This document shows positions 57,162 through 64,000 of a stretch of DNA of 64,000 bases, piece after piece. The notes beneath the pieces are model-generated. The model ran no database searches. It was given only the letters and a program-made list of their open reading frames with translations, and was not told the origin of the DNA. Source of the stretch: Eubacteriales bacterium (GTDB lineage: Bacteria > Bacillota > Clostridia > Oscillospirales > CAG-382); assembly GCA_045578045.1 (NCBI GenBank), contig JAZNJM010000064.1, positions 9,695 to 73,694 of the forward strand, read 5' to 3'. The position numbers and the translations under genes are program-made. The first letter of the stretch is position 1; the number at the start of each line of letters is the position of its first letter.

Positions 57162-57449
57162 ATGGGTATACAGCAAACTTTAAAGGCATTATCTGATCCT
57201 ATAAGACGAGAAATACTTAATATGCTAAAAAAAGAAAGACTTTCCGCAGGAGAAATTGCGGAAAGATTTGACATTACTTTTGCTTCAATTTCAAGGCATT
57301 TGTCTGTTTTAAAGGATGCAGACCTTATCAGAGATGAACGAGAGGGAAAATTTATATACTATACTCTTAACGCCTCAGTTCTCGAAGAAATTATGCTTTG
57401 GATTTCCGACTTAAAAGACGGAAACGATTCAAAAGACGATAAAATATAG
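57162..57449 (+). CDS. ArsR/SmtB-family transcriptional regulator, SdpR-like
   Basis: LSDPIRREILNML...SAGEIAERFDITFASISRHLSVLKDADLI winged-HTH pattern. Confidence 0.85.
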   Translation: MGIQQTLKALSDPIRREILNMLKKERLSAGEIAERFDITFASISRHLSVLKDADLIRDEREGKFIYYTLNASVLEEIMLWISDLKDGNDSKDDKI

Positions 57450-57483
57450 AATAATAGTATTATAAGTTTAAAAGGAGATTCAT

Positions 57484-58542
57484 ATGAAAGAAAATAAAAA
57501 TTTAAAGAAAAAAATTATACTTTCTTCGTTTTTTACGTTGCTCCCCTCTCTTTTGGCTCTTTTTGGATATATTTTTTTGAATGAAAGATTATCCTCCGTA
57601 ATTCCTATAAATGAGGCTTTACCTTTTATTGTTTTTATTCCGTTTTTTATTTTTACTTTAAACGCTGTTTGCATTTTTTTCACGTTAAAAGACAATAAAA
57701 ACAAACAAAGCGATAAAATATTGACCTTAGTTTTTTCAATTTGCCCATTTATATCAATTTTGACAAATGCTATATTCTGGTCTGTTATGATTAACAATAA
57801 ACTTAATATTTTTTCAATTATGATGATTATCTTAGGAGCAATGTTTATTTTTATCGGTAATTATCTTCCTAAATGCAAACAGAACAAAACTATAGGAATT
57901 AAAATAAAATGGACGTTGCTTAATGAAGAAAACTGGAATGTAACACATCGTTTTTGCGGAAAAATCTGGTTTTTGGGTGGTCTTGCATTTATAATTTCAG
58001 CCTTTTTTCCGCATACACTTCAGTTAATTTCTCTTTTAGTTCTTATAGTTGTGTTGTCTTTTATACCCGCCATTTATTCTTATATATACTACAAAAAGCA
58101 AATATCAGAAGGAACTTGGAATGAAGATAAAAAACTGACGTACAGCAAAAAAACAAAAACTGCTTTTATCTTCTTAACGTTGATTATATTGATATTTTGT
58201 GTAGTTATTGTATCAACGGGTGAAATTGAAATATACTGCAACGAAGCTATTGAAATTAAAGCTGACTATTGGTATGACCTTGAAATACAATTTTCAGATA
58301 TTGAAAATGTTGAATACAAAACGTCTGTTGACGGCGAAAGAATTTCAGGTTTCGGCACTCACCGTTTACTATTAGGATTATTTAAAAACGAAGAATTTGG
58401 AGCATATACAAGATATACCTACACGGAAAATAAAAGCTGTATAGTAATAAAGACAAAAAGCGGATTTAAGGTTATAAACCTCAAAACAGAAACGGAAACA
58501 AAAGAGCTTTATGAAAAAATAAAAGCTAATATTTCAAAATAA
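57484..58542 (+). CDS. SdpI-family membrane protein with C-terminal PH-like extension
   Basis: AAAGGAG RBS. IKIKWTLLNEENWNVTHRFCGKIW SdpI signature. An extra TM and a soluble domain of about 110 aa at the C-terminus. Confidence 0.75.
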   Translation: MKENKNLKKKIILSSFFTLLPSLLALFGYIFLNERLSSVIPINEALPFIVFIPFFIFTLNAVCIFFTLKDNKNKQSDKILTLVFSICPFISILTNAIFWSVMINNKLNIFSIMMIILGAMFIFIGNYLPKCKQNKTIGIKIKWTLLNEENWNVTHRFCGKIWFLGGLAFIISAFFPHTLQLISLLVLIVVLSFIPAIYSYIYYKKQISEGTWNEDKKLTYSKKTKTAFIFLTLIILIFCVVIVSTGEIEIYCNEAIEIKADYWYDLEIQFSDIENVEYKTSVDGERISGFGTHRLLLGLFKNEEFGAYTRYTYTENKSCIVIKTKSGFKVINLKTETETKELYEKIKANISK

Positions 58543-58563
58543 GGAAAGATAGTGGAGAATTTT

Positions 58564-59448
58564 ATGTACGCAATAGAAACAAAAAATCTGACGAAATATT
58601 ATGGAAAATCAAGAGGAATTATTGACGTTTCCCTTAAAGTTAAAGAAGGGGATTATTTCGGTTTTATTGGTCCTAACGGAGCAGGAAAGAGTACAACCAT
58701 AAGAATTCTTTCCGGTCTAATTTCTCAGACCTCTGGAGAAGGTTTCATTTTTGGAAATAACGTTTCTCAAAATAAACTTTTCGCCCTCTCAAACATTGGA
58801 TATTTACCCTCAGAAACTAACCTATACAGCGATATGAACGTTTGGGACACAATTATGTTTTCAGCCTCCCTCAGAAAAAAGAACTGTGAAAATGAAGCAA
58901 AAACACTTTGCGAAAGACTTAATATTGACGTTACAAAAAGAATAAAAGAGCTTTCTCTTGGAAACAGAAAAAAAGTTGCAATCGTTTGCGCTTTACAACA
59001 TTGTCCAAAGCTTTATATTCTTGACGAGCCAACAAGTGGGCTTGACCCCTTGATTCAAAAAGAGTTTTATTCAATTCTGAAAGAACGAAATGAAAACGGA
59101 GCAACGATTTTTCTTTCATCACACGCATTATGGGAAATTGAAAAATATTGCAAAACTGCCGCAGTTATCAAAGAGGGAAAAATTATTGTTTCAGACAGCG
59201 TTGAAAAATTGAGTTACACAGGAATCAAGAAAGTTACTCTAAAAGGAATTGACGAAAAAATAAAAATAGAAAACGCAACTAATATTTCTTATGAAAATGG
59301 CAACATACATTTTCTATATAACGGAAATGTAAAAAAATTGATTTCTGATATTTCAAAAGTCGAGTTTAATAATATAAATATTTCGGATCCAGAACTTGAC
59401 GAAGTGTTTTTGCATTATTACAAAGAGAAAGGAGATGACAACAAATGA
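58564..59448 (+). CDS. ABC transporter ATP-binding protein (ABC-2 type)
   Basis: Walker A GPNGAGKST, signature LSLGNRKK, Walker B LYILDEPTSGLD. Start is ATG 58564 or GTG 58552. Confidence 0.9.
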   Translation: MYAIETKNLTKYYGKSRGIIDVSLKVKEGDYFGFIGPNGAGKSTTIRILSGLISQTSGEGFIFGNNVSQNKLFALSNIGYLPSETNLYSDMNVWDTIMFSASLRKKNCENEAKTLCERLNIDVTKRIKELSLGNRKKVAIVCALQHCPKLYILDEPTSGLDPLIQKEFYSILKERNENGATIFLSSHALWEIEKYCKTAAVIKEGKIIVSDSVEKLSYTGIKKVTLKGIDEKIKIENATNISYENGNIHFLYNGNVKKLISDISKVEFNNINISDPELDEVFLHYYKEKGDDNK

Positions 59449-60227
59449 CAATATTATTTCATCAATTAAGAAGAAATAAAACATCACTTCTGATATGGTC
59501 TGCCGTTCTATCCTTTATGCTTTCGGTATGCATTATTATTTATCCAGAAATGTCTTCTCAGATGAACGAAATCAGTGATATGTTTGCAAATATGGGGGCA
59601 TTTTCAGATGCCTTTGGAATGGATTCTATTAATTTTGGAGAATTTATGGGATATTTTGGAATTGAATGTGGAAACACTTTAGGGCTTGGAGGTTCGCTGT
59701 TTGCCGCATTGTTTGGAATTTCAGCTATTTCCAACGAGGAAAAAGATAAAACCGCAGAATTCCTTTTAACACACCCTATAAAAAGGAGCAAAATTGTTTT
59801 CGAAAAGCTTATTGCTCTTATTGTTCAGAATATAATTTTGTTCTCTTTCGTTACGTTATTTTGCACTATTTCAACAATATTCATAAAAGAAAATCTAAGT
59901 ATGGATTTTTATCTCATTCTAATTTCTTTTCTCATTCTTCAACTTGAAATATCATTTATAACTTTTGGTATTTCTGCTTTCATTTCAAAAGGTGGATATG
60001 GTTTTGGAATCGGTATTTCCATCGGTTTATATTTTATAAATATCATATCAAATCTTTCAGACGAATTGAAGTTTTTAAAATATATAACCCCATTTTCGTA
60101 TACTGACAGTGGGTATATAACGGAAAATAGTATTCTTGACATAAAATATATTTTTGTTGGAATTGTTTTTTCAATAATATCATTGGCCCTTGCATTTTAT
60201 AAATACAATAAAAAAGATATTCAATAA
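59445..60227 (+). CDS. ABC-2 family transporter permease
   Basis: Six TM segments. ATGA overlap with the ATPase gene. Confidence 0.7.
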   Translation: MTILFHQLRRNKTSLLIWSAVLSFMLSVCIIIYPEMSSQMNEISDMFANMGAFSDAFGMDSINFGEFMGYFGIECGNTLGLGGSLFAALFGISAISNEEKDKTAEFLLTHPIKRSKIVFEKLIALIVQNIILFSFVTLFCTISTIFIKENLSMDFYLILISFLILQLEISFITFGISAFISKGGYGFGIGISIGLYFINIISNLSDELKFLKYITPFSYTDSGYITENSILDIKYIFVGIVFSIISLALAFYKYNKKDIQ

Positions 60228-60299
60228 AAAATACAGTTGACATATACTGCACGAAACTTTATTTAGAATAAACAATGCAATATTGTCAACTGTATTTTT
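60226..60299 (+). terminator. Long imperfect hairpin terminator
   Basis: Arms aaaaatacagttgaca / tgtcaactgtattttt with further pairing inside, followed by a T-run. Confidence 0.55.
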
Positions 60300-60319
60300 T
60301 TAAAATCTTATTCTACTTT

Positions 60320-60841
60320 TTATTTTTTCAAGACCTTTATAATCATAACCTTAGGAGGTTTATGGTCAAGAGCGTTGCATAAATGGCGATATGCCTTTAT
60401 ACAGCAAAGTTTCGCCCAGATTCTCTCTATCAGCTTACAAAGAATAACAGATACAGGAATTGCAACAAGTGGGTAAACAAAGGAAATATTCCCCGTTGCC
60501 GTCAAAGCAATAAGTCCACCTTCAATAGCAACCAACAAAAAAACAATAAAACAAGCAAACACCTTAAGAGGTGAAGAAGCATCAAGACGAACAAAAACTA
60601 AGGCTCCATCTGCTTTTTCTGTTACGGTCGCTTTCATAGTAGGAAAGAAAAATCTCTTTATAGAGTGTTGTTTTCCAAAATTAAACAAAAATCTCTGAGA
60701 TTCTCCATCTTGTTCTTTTGATACGATTTGAAAGCCTTTTCCGTTTTCCGTTGCATTCTCAACTATTTTTTTCGTTGAAGCCTTCATTGTATATTTACTT
60801 GTAAACGAAGAAACGTAATCGGGAAAAATTATCATTTTCAA
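60320..60841 (-). CDS. Hypothetical membrane protein
   Basis: 173 aa. Soluble N-terminal half and two C-terminal TM segments. Confidence 0.45.
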   Translation of the reverse strand: MKMIIFPDYVSSFTSKYTMKASTKKIVENATENGKGFQIVSKEQDGESQRFLFNFGKQHSIKRFFFPTMKATVTEKADGALVFVRLDASSPLKVFACFIVFLLVAIEGGLIALTATGNISFVYPLVAIPVSVILCKLIERIWAKLCCIKAYRHLCNALDHKPPKVMIIKVLKK

Positions 60842-61046
60842 AACCTCTTTTTTGATTATTTTGTCTGTCCTATGTTAAAAACAACATAATTATCATATAC
60901 TAAATAATGTTTTCTAACAAAAGAGCTGCAATTTTGCGGCTCTTTTGTTAAACAACATCTGAAAAACTTAAAAACATTTAATAGTATTAACAACTACGTT
61001 TATATGTTTCCAAATATACAAAAATATATATTAACACCAAATTAAT

Positions 61047-61691
61047 TTACGCAATTTCATTTATAACAACGAGAAGCATTCCGCTCTGAACCCGTATAAG
61101 AGCGAAAACTTCTTCGTTTATAAATTCATTACTCAATCCCAACGGAAAAGTGTTCGTAAGCTCGGCGTTATCAAGGGTATATTTCAGATTTTTCAAAGTT
61201 ACTCCTTCGCTTTTATCTGAAAGAGAAAAAACAGATACAAAACCTTTTCCTTTTATTTCAAGTTCGCTGTTTTTTATAACAGTAAGAGCAGTTTTTCCGC
61301 CAATAAGAACTCCTCGCCCACCCCGTTCTGAAATCATAGAAAGAAGCTGGATATTCCCAAACGTATGGTCAATTCTCCCGCCTACTCCGCCGTATATAAT
61401 GAAATTTTTATATCCATTTTCAAAGCCGTATTTTACAGCAATACACGAATCGGAATCATCTTTTTCCTTTGGAAACACAGATATATTATCCCCTTTTGGA
61501 ATATAACCTAAAGAGTCGAAATCTCCCATAATAATATCGGGTAAAATTCCGTTTTTCTCAAGGAGCAGCAAGCCGCCGTCAGCAGAAATAATAACGTCAT
61601 CTTCTCCTTTTTCAATATGAATCTCACCAAATTCATATGAGCCGACAATATAACATATTTTTTCATTCTTCGGAAAAAAGAAATTTTTCAT
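61047..61691 (-). CDS. thiN: Thiamine diphosphokinase
   Basis: MGDFDSLG and GGVGGRIDH motifs. Downstream of thiT. Confidence 0.85.
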   Translation of the reverse strand: MKNFFFPKNEKICYIVGSYEFGEIHIEKGEDDVIISADGGLLLLEKNGILPDIIMGDFDSLGYIPKGDNISVFPKEKDDSDSCIAVKYGFENGYKNFIIYGGVGGRIDHTFGNIQLLSMISERGGRGVLIGGKTALTVIKNSELEIKGKGFVSVFSLSDKSEGVTLKNLKYTLDNAELTNTFPLGLSNEFINEEVFALIRVQSGMLLVVINEIA

Positions 61692-61721
61692 ATAAACTCC
61701 AAATGGATATAGTAGTTAAAA

Positions 61722-62399
61722 TTATGTTTCAGTTTTATTATTTCTGAAAACAACTGCGCCAACGAAAAACGCAGCAACGGCTGTTAAAATAATTTCAGGT
61801 ATCATATACAGTCCATTATAGCAAATGGAATAAATTATAGATAAAGAATTACCGCTGAACACTTCAAGAATTTTTTTACCTATTATTTCGTAATATTCCT
61901 CCTGAGAGAAAAACCATTCTGCCCAAGTTCCAAAAAAAACAGCTCCCGAAACAATATGAACTATATATCTTAAAAACAAAGCAAAAATACTACTTACAGA
62001 AAGACCGACAGCTTTATTCTTAAATCGATTTTTGAAAACTCCCGAAAGACCAATAACCGAATATGCCAAAACGTAATCAAGAAAACAAACAAGAAGTGCT
62101 TTCCATAAAACCATTTGTTCATCGCCAGGCATAAAGAAAGCAGTAACGGTTTTCATTCCTAAAAGCATCTGGATAATTGAAAAACAAAATGCAGTGAAAA
62201 CTCCTTGAAAAGTGCCGTACATATACCCTATAATAACAATAGGCAACATACTAACAAAAGTAACTCTTCCGCCAAATGGAAGCTCAAGAGGAACAAAACT
62301 TGAAATCAACTCAAGAGTCGTTGCAACACCAAGCATAACCGCGCTCATAACAAGCCTTTTTATATCCCCTTTTCTTTTTTGATTTGTTGATTCTCTCAT
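61722..62399 (-). CDS. thiT: Thiamine ECF-transporter substrate-capture component ThiT
   Basis: Six-TM S-component-like protein directly behind a TPP riboswitch. Start MRESTNQKRK behind AAGGAGG (the tracked ORF start 62459 lies inside the leader). Confidence 0.8.
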   Translation of the reverse strand: MRESTNQKRKGDIKRLVMSAVMLGVATTLELISSFVPLELPFGGRVTFVSMLPIVIIGYMYGTFQGVFTAFCFSIIQMLLGMKTVTAFFMPGDEQMVLWKALLVCFLDYVLAYSVIGLSGVFKNRFKNKAVGLSVSSIFALFLRYIVHIVSGAVFFGTWAEWFFSQEEYYEIIGKKILEVFSGNSLSIIYSICYNGLYMIPEIILTAVAAFFVGAVVFRNNKTET

Positions 62400-62420
62400 T
62401 AAAACCAACCTCCTTAAAGA

Positions 62421-62450
62421 TAAAAATACGCCAACGGAAACCGTTGGCGT
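62421..62450 (-). terminator. Riboswitch expression-platform terminator
   Basis: Minus strand: acgccaacgg tttc ccgttggcgt followed by atttttatcttt, then RBS and ATG. Confidence 0.6.
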
Positions 62451-62484
62451 AATCAGCAATAAACTGCTTTATCTCATTACTGAA

Positions 62485-62580
62485 ATTCCCTACGACGGCA
62501 TTATCCGTATCAGGTTTAACGGGTTCAGAATCAAAAAATTCTATCTCAGCCGAATTGATCAGCACCCCTATTTCTGTTGG
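62485..62580 (-). promoter_or_regulatory. TPP (THI-box) riboswitch
   Basis: Minus strand reads ...AGGGGTGC...GGCTGAGA...AACCCGTTAAACCTGATACGGATAATGCCGTCGTAGGGAA, which matches the conserved TPP aptamer core. Confidence 0.88.
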
Positions 62581-62619
62581 CAAGAGTATGATATCACAAG
62601 TATTCCTTTTTGTCAAGGG

Positions 62620-63270
62620 TTATTTTATCAGCTTTTCCACAGCTTCTTCAACCATTTCATCACTTACTACCGAGTTACTCACATCAGACGGAGCGTACCT
62701 TGAAACAGTATAAAGCTCAAAAATTTTCGGATAAGGACAATTTCCAACAGCGTTTTCATTTTCAAGAGCCGTTGAAGAACTTTTAAACTTCATTCCTTTT
62801 TTAACACGTTTTACAATATATTTCGTATATACGTATCGTATTTTCCAAGGATTTGATGGATCTTCATTCCATTTTATTCTCGTTTTGCCGAAATCTATTT
62901 TCTTTCCCTTATTCTTGCCCCAAGAGGGAAAAACAAAATTCAAGCTGTCTGTTCCCTTCATTCGCCAAGTTTTTTCTGATATTCCAAGTTTTTTCTTTAT
63001 CTTTTTTACAGTTTCCTTAACAGACTTTTTGATTCTATCAAAAGCCTTCTTCAAGGCGGGTTTAACTATAACGTCCATTGAAAATTTCAAGGATTTATAA
63101 TAAAACCACACCCCAAGAAAACAAGCGACAAAACCAAGAATAACAACAAAATCTTTTGCGTTTTCATCGTTTATCTGATTTTTAACAGCAAGTAATATTA
63201 CACCAACAACAAAGGAAATTAAAGCACGGTATAAAAATTTTTTGGATTTTTTATCTCTGGCAATCAACAT
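62620..63270 (-). CDS. Hypothetical membrane protein downstream of DUF58
   Basis: Two N-terminal TM segments and a Lys-rich cytoplasmic part. Starts 3 nt after the DUF58 stop. Confidence 0.5.
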   Translation of the reverse strand: MLIARDKKSKKFLYRALISFVVGVILLAVKNQINDENAKDFVVILGFVACFLGVWFYYKSLKFSMDVIVKPALKKAFDRIKKSVKETVKKIKKKLGISEKTWRMKGTDSLNFVFPSWGKNKGKKIDFGKTRIKWNEDPSNPWKIRYVYTKYIVKRVKKGMKFKSSSTALENENAVGNCPYPKIFELYTVSRYAPSDVSNSVVSDEMVEEAVEKLIK

Positions 63271-63273
63271 ATC

Positions 63274-64000
63274 TCAACCTGCCGTATAATTATCATCAAT
63301 ATTTATAAAAGTTTCATTTAAGGTAATCGTATTTACACTGTTTCCCATAATAGAAAGACGTTCAAGATTAACCATAGCCGTTTCATCAACCTCATTTGCA
63401 AATAATACAACTTCTGTTTCCGAAAGAGAATCTGCAATATACATCTCTATAAGCCTATGCATAGCCATACCCGCGTTTGCTCTGAGCGTTGCCATACTTT
63501 TCAACATTTCAATATAATGAAGCACACCGCTATCCGCGGGAAAACGCAAAAACATATCTCCGCTTTGTTGTTTACAGTTTACCGCCAAGCCAACGCGATA
63601 CCCCGCTTCTGATGCTTCGCAAATAAGAGAGGTTGCAGCCCTCAAGGCGTTTTCCATTATTGCGTTATATTCTTCTCCGCTTATCTGAGCCTCATCTGAA
63701 TATTTATAATCAATCAAAACCAGAACGTTTCTATTTGAAACGTAATCGAATTTATTAACCTTTATTCCATAATCCGCCCCAACAACAGAACGTGCTGTTG
63801 CCTTATAGTTAATCATTCTCATAGAATCGCCCATAGCATAATCTCTTATTCCTGAAAAAGAAAATGGATCGTGTATCAAACGGCGATTAGTTGGATTATC
63901 CCCTTGAACACTGTTTGGATGCATAAGAACGTCAGATAAAGAAACAGGCTTTGGATAAACGTATATTGAGGCTTCTGATTTTATGGTATGTGGATTTTTT
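63274..64000 (-). CDS. DUF58 (vWA-like) protein, 5' end outside the window
   Basis: FSGIRDYAMGDSMRMINYKATAR motif. The frame stays open upstream of the tracked Met to the window edge (...ASIYVYPKPVSLSDVLMHPN). Confidence 0.8.
   Translation of the reverse strand, partial: KNPHTIKSEASIYVYPKPVSLSDVLMHPNSVQGDNPTNRRLIHDPFSFSGIRDYAMGDSMRMINYKATARSVVGADYGIKVNKFDYVSNRNVLVLIDYKYSDEAQISGEEYNAIMENALRAATSLICEASEAGYRVGLAVNCKQQSGDMFLRFPADSGVLHYIEMLKSMATLRANAGMAMHRLIEMYIADSLSETEVVLFANEVDETAMVNLERLSIMGNSVNTITLNETFINIDDNYTAG

Noticed and set aside
62311-62616. 101-aa minus-strand ORF, and the 20-codon N-terminal extension of the ThiT ORF
   Set aside because: Both run through the TPP riboswitch and its terminator. 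The real thiT start at 62399 has an AAGGAGG RBS.

Overview
This is a 64-kb, AT-rich window (about one third G+C by eye). Its signals point to a Bacillota chromosome, most likely a Clostridia-class anaerobe: GGAGG-type RBSs, TTGACA/TATAAT promoters, an rplU-prp-rpmA operon, PFOR, and an ECF-type ThiT behind a TPP riboswitch. Backbone genes are rpmB, a rubrerythrin-like gene, prfA, an S1-domain protein, an aconitase-family hydratase, obg, a udp-like phosphorylase, a YgiQ-type radical SAM, a VanY-like peptidase, nifJ/PFOR, a ComM/YifB-like ATPase, an rlmD-like methyltransferase, thiT-thiN and a DUF58 gene cut by the window end. Three regions stand out. (1) 19.2-31.9 kb holds a tightly packed seven-gene minus-strand locus: a giant CBM-like solute-binding protein, two complete ABC permease pairs, an NHL-TPR-Yip1 fusion and a 1011-aa DUF5696-like exoprotein, with no ATPase. 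This is my best candidate for an undescribed system. (2) 16.3-16.9 kb encodes a 210-aa protein with 33 cysteines built from CGNNxCSC-type repeats, divergent from the YgiQ radical SAM gene. (3) 42.5-52.3 kb is a same-strand accessory stretch of small membrane enzymes and hypothetical proteins, with duplicated gene ends, gene fragments, an in-frame TGA and three sets of tandem repeats, but no mobility gene. Two further operons are noted: GNAT / unknown / cyclase / ABC exporter, and an sdpR/sdpI-like pair with an ABC-2 exporter preceded by a 3 x 33-bp operator-like repeat. I recognised no rRNA, tRNA, CRISPR array, transposase, integrase or phage gene. All family calls come from motifs read by eye and none was verified by a database search.
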